Assembly: GCA_963719035.1 (NCBI GenBank) | Contig: CAVRAO010000012.1 | Span: 258,180 to 322,179, forward strand | Direction: 5' to 3' | From: Methanobacteriota archaeon | Lineage (GTDB): Archaea > Halobacteriota > Bog-38 > Methanoflorentales > Methanoflorentaceae | Length of the DNA: 64,000 nt | Shown here: positions 10,983-21,422 of the stretch, piece after piece | How the letters are laid out: the number at the start of each line of letters is the position of its first letter | Position numbering within the stretch: the stretch's first letter is position 1 | Translations under genes and position numbers: made by a program | The notes under the pieces: generated by a model | What the model saw: only the letters and a program-made list of their open reading frames with translations | Told to the model about the DNA's origin: nothing | The model's database searches: none

Positions 10983-11473
10983 CTACTGGGGGCCCTGCTC
11001 TAAGAGCTCTTCTATGCGCTTGGTTGCATCGACTGCTTCTTTCCACTCGGATTCGAAGGTGGTGGTAAGGTATTCGGCATAGGACGGGTCATCGGCCCAG
11101 AACCCTACTACGCGCTCATCAAGCGAGAGGTTCCCGAGATCGACTATCTGTTGAGGTATCGAACTGATGCTCTCTCTCCTGTCTACGACCAGCATGAACT
11201 CTCCTCGATAAAATCGATGTGGCGCACGTCTTCACCGATGTCCAACAATTCGCGCACGACACGAACGTCGGTTGCTGAAATCTGAGTGATCCCCCGTACT
11301 CGTCCGCCTTTTTCTATGAACATCTTCGATTTGTCAGTTAAGCCGAATTGACCGGCAAAGACCAACATCTGAGGTGGTAGAAGCCACATAATTTCGTTCT
11401 GTGCAGATTCCACGAGCGTTGAACCAGCAGCTATAACATCCTTAACGTTTTCAAGGAGTGTCTTATGGACCAT
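10983..11473 (-). CDS. TrmB effector-domain-only protein (no HTH), -1 frameshift at a T-run near 11212
   Basis: KGGRVRGIT...IGEDVRHID + MLVVDRRES...WADDPSYAEYL...LLEQGPQ parallels the C-termini of both neighbouring TrmBs. Confidence 0.75.
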
Positions 11474-11593
11474 CGCTAAAAAAAAGGACCTTGAGCTTTA
11501 TAAAGACGCGTGACATCGTTTACTACACGTTTGCAGATGATACACTTTGATTGCAGCGGCGGCAAGCTTTTCGTTATCCCCGCGCACCGCCCG

Positions 11594-12430
11594 TCAAGCC
11601 TGCGGCGGACCTTGTTTTTGCAGCTCTTCAATTCGCTGTGCAGCAGGAACTGACTGTTGCCACAGCAAGTCAAATGTGGCTGCAAGGTATTGCGCGTACG
11701 TGGGGTCATCGGTATAAAGCATTGCAATCGGTTCAGAAAGTGATAGATGTTTGATGTCTAAGTTAATCCCGTGGAGGCAGATCTTTCTATCCAATGCCGC
11801 GAAATACATCCCTCGATAACCACTGAGGTGGCGTACCTCCTCACCAACGTCTAACGCTTCTTTAATGAATTCAATTCCGGAGTAAGGCACATCAGTTATC
11901 ATTCTAAAGCTCGCTCCACGCCCGATAATCTTTTTGACGTCCTCTAGTATACCAAACAGCGAAGCGATAGCGATCACTTCTAACGGCGTTACTAAAATGA
12001 CCTCATCTTGGCACGCTGCTGCGGCGGGGACCGCGATACTCACGAGTTCCTTCACACTTTTGATGATTTTGAACGTCGAAACTTCGTCAGAGGGACGGAA
12101 TCGCTGTTGTTTCGAGAGCTCGTGAAGCTCCCGCTTACGAGCCTCCATCTCACGCAGTTCGCTCTCGTGTTTTTTTACTGCAGAGTCAAGCGCGGCGTCG
12201 AGGTCGACTGCGGCGTAGATTGTCGGTGAGTCGAGCGAGGGGCGCACCATCCCCTTTTCAATCAAACTAGCGAGCGTGCGGTGCACGTCCTCACGATAGG
12301 TCTTTAGTGACTTTGCTAGGGGGGAGGGGGTCTTGGGGCCGTACTTAAGCAGGTGAAGATAGGTCTGTGCCTCTTTTTCGCTGAGCCCGAAGCCAATTAA
12401 GCGCTGGGTGAATTCGTCGTCAGTGGTCAT
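11594..12430 (-). CDS. TrmB family transcriptional regulator (copy 2)
   Basis: N-terminal ~125 aa nearly identical to copy 1. Confidence 0.9.
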   Translation of the reverse strand: MTTDDEFTQRLIGFGLSEKEAQTYLHLLKYGPKTPSPLAKSLKTYREDVHRTLASLIEKGMVRPSLDSPTIYAAVDLDAALDSAVKKHESELREMEARKRELHELSKQQRFRPSDEVSTFKIIKSVKELVSIAVPAAAACQDEVILVTPLEVIAIASLFGILEDVKKIIGRGASFRMITDVPYSGIEFIKEALDVGEEVRHLSGYRGMYFAALDRKICLHGINLDIKHLSLSEPIAMLYTDDPTYAQYLAATFDLLWQQSVPAAQRIEELQKQGPPQA

Positions 12431-12720
12431 CAGTCATCACAATGTACGTGGACTAAGCAATAGGTATAGGTGAGCTTTGACAACCATAGAGGGGTTAAAC
12501 ACGGTTTTTTGAGCGTTAAAGCGCCACAATTCGATGTCTCAGTAGCATCGAACTTAGTTGCCAAGTTCCTCACCTTTTGACCTGTTCTCGAAACCAAAAT
12601 GGTTTCACCTTGCTCTAGCATGTTCAAACTTACTACTTCTAAGGTGATTGCCTTAAACCTTGTGATGCCTGATTTTGGCAATATTGACTTATTCTATCCT
12701 AATACATTCGCTTGTAGAAT
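12431..12720. repeat. duplicated upstream region of the TrmB genes (copy of ~10393-10683)
   Basis: see partner repeat; includes the last ~22 nt of the MFS gene. Confidence 0.9.
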
Positions 12721-13946
12721 AGCCAGAATATCACTCCTGAGAGCACGATAAAAACTGACGCCACGTATATCGGTGCTGTTGCGACGATCTGTGCAGCAAG
12801 ATAGCCCGCTATTATTGGCGGAATTGATTGCGCCAATGCTGCGACGCTCGCGTTGATTCCCAATATCTCGCCTTGCCTCGATTGCTCCGCCGATCTGCTG
12901 ATAATCGTCGGGAGGAAGGCTTGTGAAAGTCCGTTTGGTATCCCAAAAAAGGGGACGACAAAAAGCAGTTGCCACCACACCGTGGGCAGGAAAAACGCAA
13001 GGATAAGCACCCCTGTGGCGATAAGGGTGACGCGGAGTATTTTATAATCAGCAAATTTTGTGAGTTTACGCAGGAGCAACCCTTGTGAGATCACGATCCA
13101 GAGGCCGACGTACGCCAGAAAATCTCCAATGTTGCCTGAGGTGAAGTTGAATTTGTTAATGAAGTAGACACCAATGAACGTCGTGTAAAACGTGAACCCT
13201 CCTTGGAAAAGAAAGGCGGTCGTAAAGAGCGTCCGAAAGCCTCTGTACGTATAGGCGTGTACGACGTCGGTCAGGGACTGAGCCCACCGTATTTTGACCT
13301 CTTTTTGTACACGCACGAGGGTTTCTGGAAGCAACGTGATGATAAGCACGATATTCACCGCGCTCAGCAGTGCGGCAAACCAGAAGGGCGTGGCTGCGTT
13401 GAACCAACTTACGATGGACGGGTCAGACAGCTTTCCACCGATATAAGGGCCGATAATGAATCCAAGCCCGAACGCCGCTCCAATAAGCCCGAAGTTTTTC
13501 GCTCTTTCTTTCGGTGGCGTAATATCAGTGACGACCGCCTGTGCGACCGGTATGTTGCCACCCGTCACGCCGTCGAAAGCTCGAGCGAGGAAGAGAAGGG
13601 GTATGTTTTTGGTGATGATGCCGATTGCGAAGAGGATGTATGATATGCAGGTGCCAGCGAGGGAGACACCGAGCACTTTTCTTCTCCCATATTTATCCGA
13701 GAGTTGGCCTAAGATTGGAGCAGCAAGAAACTGACAAAGAGGGTAGATTGCCACGAGCCACCCGAGGAGAATGTAACCCTGTTGCACGGTGTAGCCAGCC
13801 GGAAGAATGTAGTAAGGGGAGCGGGGACCGGCGAGCAATATGGGGATGATGGGAATGAGAATGCCGAGGCCCACTAAATCGAGGAATACAATGGAGAGGA
13901 TGACGAGAAGCGGTTTTCCTTTCAGAACCGGAGGCTTTTCTTCCAT
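12699..13946 (-). CDS. MFS transporter, Tet/DHA1-like efflux
   Basis: motif A GQLSDKYGRRKVL; GAAFGLGFIIGPYIGG; ~12 hydrophobic segments. Confidence 0.9.
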   Translation of the reverse strand: MEEKPPVLKGKPLLVILSIVFLDLVGLGILIPIIPILLAGPRSPYYILPAGYTVQQGYILLGWLVAIYPLCQFLAAPILGQLSDKYGRRKVLGVSLAGTCISYILFAIGIITKNIPLLFLARAFDGVTGGNIPVAQAVVTDITPPKERAKNFGLIGAAFGLGFIIGPYIGGKLSDPSIVSWFNAATPFWFAALLSAVNIVLIITLLPETLVRVQKEVKIRWAQSLTDVVHAYTYRGFRTLFTTAFLFQGGFTFYTTFIGVYFINKFNFTSGNIGDFLAYVGLWIVISQGLLLRKLTKFADYKILRVTLIATGVLILAFFLPTVWWQLLFVVPFFGIPNGLSQAFLPTIISRSAEQSRQGEILGINASVAALAQSIPPIIAGYLAAQIVATAPIYVASVFIVLSGVIFWLFYKRMY

Positions 13947-14158
13947 CGCTGGTATAACTCCTCGTCAAACGGGTGAAACCACACAGCATTGATAAGCGAT
14001 ATAAATGTTGCGTTCGCGTGCTTTGGCTATTCACGCGTTCTGAAATTAGGAAAAAATGCCGGGAAACTCGCGGGCTTGGAATAGCTGAGGCGCAACAGAT
14101 ATCAGCATTCAAAAGTCAAAAGAGGGTAATCATTCAGACTGAAGACGGGCACTCATCA

Positions 14159-15612
14159 ATGACGAACGGGCAAACGTCGCGGAAGCTTAACCTCTTTGAC
14201 GTGACGAATCTGGTCATTGGCGGCACCCTAGGCGCGGACATATACATCGTTGCCTCGTTGAACAGCGCTTATCTTGGGCCTGCTAGTTTGCTCGTGTGGC
14301 TTGTTGGGGGTACAATCGCCATAATCCTAGCGTTAAACTTCGCAGAAGCTGCCGCGCTCGTGCCTCGAGTAGGGAGATCGTTTGCCTACGTACGTGAAGC
14401 GTGGGGAGATTTTTCTGGTTTTATGGTGGGCTGCCCTCTGGATTGCCTAGATTGCTGCACTCGCCGTCACGCCCGGCACGTTCGTCCGCTATTTAGCCAA
14501 TTTTGTCCCTTCGCTGAGTTTTGCTCAGGGTGTGATCATCAAGATCCTCTTTGTTGTCATTATCGCCTACATGAACGTGCGCGGCGCTAAGGAGGCGGGG
14601 CGCGCCAATGACGTCCTTACCATGGCAAAATTGAGTCCGCTCCTCCTGCTGATCGTCGCTGGATTCGTCTATCTGACGTTAAATCCAGGAACCGCCGCTT
14701 CGAACCTTTTACCGTTTGCCCCGCTCGGCTTCGGCAATTTCGGGCAGGCGCTGATTCTCGTCGTGTGGGCGTACGCCGGTTTTGAGCTAGCCGTCATCCC
14801 ATCCGGCGAAGTTGAAAACCCGACAAAGACCGTCCCAAAGGTGATGATAATCGGCATGGCTATTGTGATATTCTTCTACGTCCTCACGAACTTCGTCGTG
14901 CTCGCGACGGTGAACTGGACGGTGCTGCAAACTGATATCACTCCGCTTGCGACAGCGGGGAGCGTCGTCCTATCGTACACGCCGACGCTTGCACTCATTG
15001 GCGGTGCCGTGCTCGGAATCGGAGCACTTATTTCGATTTCTGGGTTTGATGAATCCGGCACACTGTCGACCTCACGATTATCCTATGCAATCTCGCTTGA
15101 AGGCTTATTCCCGAAGTTCCTCAGTCGTCTCCACCCTCGGTTCGGCACCCCCTATTACGCAATCATCGCACAGTCTGTCATCGCGCTCATCGCGTCGTTG
15201 GTCGGCGGTCATCACCCAACTCATCGTGTTCTCAACGTTCAATCTCGCGTTCGTCTATCTTGCCACGAGTGCGGCGGTTCTCACGTTGCGGGAGCGAAAG
15301 AAGCAAGTGGCAAGTGAACGCACGTACCTTGAGCGGTTTACTGGCCCGGTCATTCCTATTGCGGGCATCATCTTAAGCACGTTTCTCATTTACGAGTGTG
15401 GGATTACCGCCGTGGCACTCGGCGTTGCGTCGATTCTGATAGGTATACCAATCTATGTCCTTTACGCGCCGCGTACCGAGATGGTGACGCTCAAGAAAGA
15501 TTTCTATTCCACTGAAGCGATCCTTGCGCGCAGCGCGCGGACCGAGAAGGTGTTTTTGGGTTACGTGGTGCGGTTGATACGGAAGGCGTTAGCACGTCGA
15601 TCGAAAACGTAA
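14159..15612 (+). pseudogene. APC family amino acid permease, interrupted (frameshifts ~14432 and ~15210, in-frame TAG ~14448)
   Basis: GGTLGADIY, WAYAGFE...GEVENP, SRLSYAIS...LHPRFGTPYYAI spread over three ORFs. Confidence 0.8.
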
Positions 15613-15728
15613 AGGATCCGGCGGTGGCCAAAAGAGAGAGCCTCGGTGGTTAATCAGTATTACGCGCCTTCTTTCTTCTATCCCCCCTCCAAGTCGTAAG
15701 AAAAAAGTGAATATCCTATGCGTGCCCG

Positions 15729-15748
15729 TGTGGCAATCTGCGAACGTG
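15729..15748 (+). repeat. left copy of a 20-bp direct repeat (19/20 match to 26312-26331), terminase-derived
   Basis: TGTGGCAATCTGCGAACGTG; reads VPVWQSANVYLPTPNDG versus WQSANVQLPMPDCG at the right copy. Confidence 0.75.
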
Positions 15749-16157
15749 TATTTACCTACTCCCAACGATGGCAGAAGAACGGGCATGTCGTGCTCCTTAA
15801 GCTCACAAAGAGCCTAAGCCGGTGCTGTGATTTGCACCATTTATAATAGGAATAACTGACTGCTTTTTCTGTCAACACACCACGGATACTCGCTGCTAGA
15901 ACAAGTTGGGCAGACGCCGGCTTGGTCGCTTCAAAATTTGGAAAGTTCGTCCTTGTGCTGCATCTGAACACCCGTGGTGCCGTGCAGATGGACAAACCGA
16001 TCAATTCCTTGATTGCGCTTGCGTTTACCTTATGAGCCGTTCGACCTTCGACAAATGGAATTAAAAATGGGGTCTAATTGATAAAAGAAGGAAATATTGG
16101 CCTTATTTGACAACGAAATCTTGATTTATTATTAAACATATGTGGCTTATTAGAGGT

Positions 16158-17154
16158 ATGGATATGGTCGATCAGACTTTAAAGGCTGAACAGCAACGCA
16201 AAGCTGCGGAAGCACTGCACAGGCTCCGAAGCCAGGCAAGTACTCCATTGGGACCGAACGTTACAATCAAACCCTCTGGGTCGGTTGGAAGGATACCTTT
16301 AGAAATGGGTGAACTTGCGGCCGAACATTACCGTTCTGCTGAGGGCTACGATCCAAACTTCCTCGGCGCTGAACACCAGCTTGAACTTCCTAAACTGGCA
16401 CCTGACCTCCAGCCCAAGGTGGCACAGCTCAAGAACGGAGGCGAAGTTCTCACTTACCATCACTTCTCGATTGTCATGAATGCCGAACGGCGACTCGCGT
16501 TTCATACCGCCGTAAATGTCGATGGTCGGCAATTGGAGCACGTAGAGCGTGATCGTGATAAGTGGTACTTCGATCTGCGTCTTGATGAACGGCTCCAGGC
16601 GGGGCCAGACCTATACTCCAACAATCCACTTGACTGTGGTCATCTGGTCCGTAGGCTCGATCCCTGTTGGGGATCAATAGCAGTTGCTGCGGGCGAAGAC
16701 ACCTTCCACTTTACGAACTGCTCACCCCAGCATTCTAAGCTCAATCAGCGTGATTGGCTTGAGATTGAAAGTTACGTCCTCAATACCGCAGACAACGCAG
16801 ATGTACGTATCTCGGTGTTCACAGGTCCCGTCTTCCGCGACGATGACATGCTCTATCGCGATGAATACCTGTTGCCTGCAGATTTTTGGAAGGTAGTAGC
16901 GTTCATCAATAAGAATGGCCAGCTTCGAGCTACTGCCTATGTGCGAACCCAGAAGAACTACCTTGAAAGTCTCAAGTTCTTCGATGACGAGTACCAAGAC
17001 ATGGCAGGTGCCAGTAGCACAGGTCGAAGCGCTCACAGGCCTATCTTTCGGGATACCGCAGGACGCTGACCCATTGACAAGGGTGGGGGTTAGCCGAGAA
17101 AGTCACAGACGCAATATCCGACAAATTAGATCCGCGCACGATATCCTGTTGTGA
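16158..17154 (+). CDS. DNA/RNA non-specific endonuclease (NucA/EndoG family); +1 frameshift at ~16995
   Basis: GYDPNFLG, YHHFSIVMNAERRLA, DCGHLVRR (DRGH-like), FHFTNCSPQH, FWKVV; C-terminus KTWQVPVAQVEALTGLSF in the next frame. Confidence 0.88.
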
Positions 17155-17339
17155 CCATGATCGAGTCCTCTTCAAACCTTAGCGGCTGCGTCTAATATAA
17201 TACTCCATCGTGCACCGTGGCAGATACGCGTTGGTAGCCTTGCAAGCAATGAGGTCGTGTGGGGCAACCTAATAGTCGGATAGCTGTAACCTGTTTTTGT
17301 AGGAAGGAGCTAGTATTTTTCTGCTGTGAATCTCCAGGA

Positions 17340-18170
17340 TTATAAGATAGACATATCTCTCTGTGTAGGTTCGCTCTCTAGCTGAGGCACTTGGGTATAC
17401 TTATCTTTCTTCAAATCGGCTATTACCTTCGTCAACAGCTCTTTTCGGGAGAGCTTGTTCTGGGTCGCATTCATCGCTTTGACCAAATAATAGGTAAAGG
17501 CCCCATGCCATGTTCCATCAATTTTTGCATCAGCGCTGGTCTGATCTGCCCTGCAACCGGCCCACAATATCTGATCAGTTACTCCGGATTCTAGCATTGC
17601 GCGATAGAATCCACGTGGACGCTTTCCATCGACTTTTTCGAAGGCAGCCAGCGATGGGGGAGGTAGATAACGTGGCTTACGATCCAATAGGAGATCAATT
17701 GCCTTTAGACCCGTCCCGCTATGACAGGTATCGAGGAAAACCTCTAACGATACATTGCTGGGAAGCTGAACGAACAGGTCGTGCAGCTCATCATCTACAA
17801 TTATATGTGCATGGTCCCACTCGCCGTCCTTTTCGGCTAGATCATTCGGGCAGAATGCCTCATCCGCTCTGTCAGGTTCATCTCCTTCTTTATCAGGTAC
17901 CTGAGTGCCGTGACTCGACATGCTAAGGACAAGAGATGCATATGTGCCTGCTTTTGCGCCAGCAACCATATCATTAAGATTTTTCATGATATTTGCCTTT
18001 GTGGCTTGACTGTCGGTCAACTCAACGACATCCGCAGCGGTGTATCCCAGATACTTTGTCAGCGCTGATTTCATATCTTGAACATCATTCACACATCCCT
18101 GTAACGCGGCCGAGGGATAGTTCTGGTATTGATTTATTCCAACACAAAGCGCTCGTCTACCGTTTGGCAT
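17340..18170 (-). CDS. caspase-like peptidase C14 (metacaspase)
   Basis: RALCVGINQY...LQGCVND; His in SSHGTQ; Cys in DTCHSG; QTSADA...GAFTYYL...QVPQL. Confidence 0.95.
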   Translation of the reverse strand: MPNGRRALCVGINQYQNYPSAALQGCVNDVQDMKSALTKYLGYTAADVVELTDSQATKANIMKNLNDMVAGAKAGTYASLVLSMSSHGTQVPDKEGDEPDRADEAFCPNDLAEKDGEWDHAHIIVDDELHDLFVQLPSNVSLEVFLDTCHSGTGLKAIDLLLDRKPRYLPPPSLAAFEKVDGKRPRGFYRAMLESGVTDQILWAGCRADQTSADAKIDGTWHGAFTYYLVKAMNATQNKLSRKELLTKVIADLKKDKYTQVPQLESEPTQRDMSIL

Positions 18171-18219
18171 AGTTAACCTCCTGACTTGATTTTTTTTAAA
18201 AAGATCCTTTCAAGTTCCT

Positions 18220-19102
18220 TTATTCCTTGAAATCGCCCAAGTTAATCCATTCTGCGTGAACAAGGGACCACCAATCGACGGCAAGCCCTTTTAAAACGTA
18301 CTCATACGGAAGCCAGCCGTACCCACCGTCGCCCCATTTGTCGCCCCAAGAGTTCCTGATTAGCAGCGCACCGGTCGTCTCCGTGTTGCAGGCGTTGTTG
18401 ATCTTCATACCGTCATCATAGCCCACCGCGACGATGGCGTGGCCCCCCACCACCTGTTCTCTGGGACACGGCATGGGGATCTTTCCGTCGGCTTGTGCTT
18501 GTTTGATAGAGCTGTATACGGTAAAGCCGAACATCGCAGGGAGCTGTGTCGCTAAGGTCGTCTTGATACTTTCGAGCAGGACGTCCGCCGGCGTCGCAGG
18601 GGGGTCGAGACGGTAGTACCTTGATCGCATTATATTGCTGGCCAAAGGCGTAGAGGAAGGCAGGGGGTTCTACATCGAAATCAGGATCGTTATCCGTGTA
18701 GGGCCAGTACTCTTCGGGCGGAACGCCGAATAGGACGAGCGCTTTCATCGTTTCTCGCAGGTATCCACCGGTGTCCCCGGTCTCTTTCATAAGGTTTCTC
18801 GTCGCCTTGTAGAGAAAGAGACGCGATGCGTCGATAAAAATGCCGTTCGCCTTGTTCTGGAAGTACTCAACGAGCCCAACGCCCGCATTGGCGGTGCACG
18901 AACCGAGCTGTCGTTGATTTTCAACGGGAGAGCACCATTGCCGCAAGTCGACCGTGGAAGGCAGAGCGGCTTTGGTCGATCTGAGTGCCCCGCCTTGCTT
19001 CAGGGTCTTATTGACTTCTGACGTCTCGGGCGTATAATCGCGGAAATCGGGCAAGTCGCGACGCCATCCAAGACCATTGCCATCTATTGTGTTAGACAAC
19101 AT
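18220..19102 (-). CDS. papain-like C1 cysteine peptidase; +1 frameshift at ~18620
   Basis: GWRRDLPDFRD, QLGSCTANA (Cys), GGHAIVAVGY (His), IRNSWG (Asn), split over two ORFs. Confidence 0.92.
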
Positions 19103-19829
19103 ACTATTTTCCTCTTTTTTCACTTAAGTTCGGGTGTGTTTCAAACCAATGCTTCAATTTCGTGAGTCAGCCGTTTAACGCTGCAGATGACGGGCATGCG
19201 TAGCTGCTCAATCGAATTTCGTGAGCTGTTGTTGAGGTAGCTGAATGTGACTCTTTACCAAAGAGTCTATCAGAAAAACGCATACCAGGTTCAAAGGTGG
19301 CTTTGCTGCATTGAAGCATGATTAATTTTATATTAGTACGATTTCGTAAGAATAACTATATCTAAATTACGTAAAGTTTAAATATTACATTGTTATTTAG
19401 ATGCAATATTATAGTAACGTGGCAAAGCTGTATTACTTTGACAACTCGGGATGAACAAACGGATACATCTAGCTATATCGTATTTCCGCACACATTCTTG
19501 CAATCCTTGCTTCAAACATCTTATTTTGCGGTCTGAACAAAACTCGGGACATTAGGATAGAAGGATGGGACATGCTGTGCACATCTGCCCTTCTGTCGGC
19601 TATTGTGTCCCTCTGTTTAGCGGCGCATTTTCAGCAGATGACCCCTAGATCCTGCCGTCTTTAACAGAAGGTAGTGGCTGTTATATCCACTTTCAAAAGC
19701 GCGTCAAAACGCTGAATAAACAAAATAAGGCAATATTGACGAGCTTTAGCAACACAAGATTTATCGCTGACGGCCGTGATACTTTATCACTTTACGAGAA
19801 TTGTATGTGTAATTAAGTGAGGCAAGAGC

Positions 19830-20072
19830 ATGAATCAAGAACAGAAAGTCTTGTTAGTCTTTGGGCCGCCGCAATCTGGAACAAAATCTCTGGATCATCA
19901 ATTTGACAACATTGAAGTCGCGCTCGAGGACTTCGCGAGCTACTTTAAAGGATTCAAGATCAAGACGATCGAATTGTCTGTTTCTGGGGCGGTTGAGTCA
20001 GGCGGATTTCTGAGGCTTTTTGTCAGTGGAAAGGCTGAAGCTGCGGCTACCGTCGTCCTGGAACCGATATAA
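19830..20072 (+). CDS. small Pepco/Trypco-like (peptidase co-occurring) protein
   Basis: 80 aa: strand, GTKS, helix, then IKTIELSVSGAVESGG...VSGKAEAAATVVLEP beta-hairpin pattern; GAGG RBS; family call is by pattern only. Confidence 0.55.
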   Translation: MNQEQKVLLVFGPPQSGTKSLDHQFDNIEVALEDFASYFKGFKIKTIELSVSGAVESGGFLRLFVSGKAEAAATVVLEPI

Positions 20073-20244
20073 ACTGGTTATTCACTGAAGAATGCAAGCG
20101 AATACCACTTAAAAAGTGTCGCTAAAGTGAATGGAAGGTCATTGAGTCGCTGTTATCGGAATTCGCACGAGATAAAGCAACTTTTATCCCAAATAGACGT
20201 AAAGTAATTCGTTTAAAAAACAGGCACCATAAAACGGTTGCATT

Positions 20245-21267
20245 ATGGCTCACGACGTATTCATAAGCTACGCTGCAGAAGACCGATCAGCCGCAGAGGC
20301 GGCCCGCGCCGCCCTTGAGGCACAAGGCGTGAGCTGTTGGATCGCTCCTCGTGACGTGCTTCCTGGCGAAGACGAGACCGAGTCAATTCTTGCCGCCATC
20401 GACGCGAGCGGCGTCGTTGTTCTTTGCCTTAGTGCGGCTGCCAACGCGTCAAAACTCGTTACCCAGCAGGCGGCCCGCGCTTTTAACAAGAAGATCCCGA
20501 TCGTTCCGTTAAGGATTGAGGAAGTTGCGCCAAGTGACGCACTTAGGCTCTTCTTTGGCACGGGTGAGGTCGTTGATGCATATGTGCCGCCACTTGAGAG
20601 CAAGCTGCAACGGGTAGTAGAAATCGTCACTCTGCTCTTGAGGCAGCCGAGGCAGAAAAAACAGGAAGCGGTGTCTGACGTAGTCAGTGCAAGTTCGGCT
20701 GACGAAGAGCTGGCGTGGCTCGAACCGTGGGCCCTCGCAAAAGGGGGCAAGCTGCAGAAAACTGCTTCACCGGTGGCTGGAGAGGACAGGCCCACTCGGA
20801 GAAAAGATCAGTCTGGTGGGAAAAGATCTATAGCGCCTGTGTTTTTAGTTGCGGGCGTCTTGATAATCGGCATAGTCATTGCGGCCGCTCTGGCATCTAA
20901 TGTATCTCCTTCCGAGCTTATTGCTTCCTTTTTGAAACAGGCGAAGCAGCTGCAAGAGCAGATTGAAACGCCGTCCTCCACACCAACGTCAACGGCCAGT
21001 TTGACAGTGCTGTACTTTCAAAGACCAGACTGTTCCCACTGCGTAGAACTAGAGAACACAGCCAGCTTTCAGCAGCTTCAAAAGGAAGTAACCGTGCAAT
21101 CAGTAAGGACCGATCAAAGCCCGGCGACGCTCACAAACCAGTATGGAGTGACCGAAGTCCCAACGCTCATCTTGCTAAACAACGGGAAAGAAGTTGGTCG
21201 ATGGGTCGGTCCTACCGATGCTTCTGCTATCAACGTAAAATTAGACAGCGTGCGCGTAGCGGGTTAG
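20245..21267 (+). CDS. TIR domain + single TM + C-terminal thioredoxin-fold (CSHC) protein
   Basis: HDVFISYA...CWIAPRDVLPG; TM VFLVAGVLIIGIVIAAALA; YFQRPDCSHC...YGVTEVPTLILLNNGKEVGR. Confidence 0.9.
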   Translation: MAHDVFISYAAEDRSAAEAARAALEAQGVSCWIAPRDVLPGEDETESILAAIDASGVVVLCLSAAANASKLVTQQAARAFNKKIPIVPLRIEEVAPSDALRLFFGTGEVVDAYVPPLESKLQRVVEIVTLLLRQPRQKKQEAVSDVVSASSADEELAWLEPWALAKGGKLQKTASPVAGEDRPTRRKDQSGGKRSIAPVFLVAGVLIIGIVIAAALASNVSPSELIASFLKQAKQLQEQIETPSSTPTSTASLTVLYFQRPDCSHCVELENTASFQQLQKEVTVQSVRTDQSPATLTNQYGVTEVPTLILLNNGKEVGRWVGPTDASAINVKLDSVRVAG

Positions 21268-21287
21268 GGTCATAGCATGAGGGCGAA

Positions 21288-21377
21288 GAGCTGTTGGATC
21301 GCTCCTTGTGATGTGCTTCCTGGAAAAGACGAGACTGAGTCAATTCTTGCCGCCATCGACGCGAGCAGCGTCGTTGT
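21288..21377 (+). repeat. 90-bp third copy of the TIR betaB/BB-loop coding segment (matches 20331-20420 and 23782-23871)
   Basis: GAGCTGTTGGATCGCTCC...ATCGACGCGAGC(A/G)GCGTCGTTGT with ~6 substitutions; forms mini-ORF 21277-21381. Confidence 0.85.
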
Positions 21378-21422
21378 GTGACGTACGTTGTGAGTTAGTT
21401 TTAGGGAGGGTAGGGGGATAGG

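Noticed and set aside
10399-12681. Paired ~82-aa ORFs (10399-10644 and 12430-12681) upstream of the TrmBs
   Set aside because: Their similarity is explained by the duplicated promoter DNA; TTG starts, no RBS and no recognisable protein features.
6917-14450. In-frame TAG codons in the ester cyclase and APC permease, suggesting pyrrolysine/amber recoding
   Set aside because: Both genes also carry frameshifts, and TAG is clearly a true stop elsewhere (polC ends GLVDFM-TAG; several other genes end in TAG). No pyl genes are in the window.
19149-19319. 10-bp inverted repeat ATGCTTCAAT...ATTGAAGCAT as a MITE
   Set aside because: Short, no target-site duplication and no second copy in the window; may be chance.
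21288-21377. TIR segment copy as a DGR template repeat
   Set aside because: The differences are not adenine-specific (several are C/T), the targets are N-terminal, and no reverse transcriptase is present.
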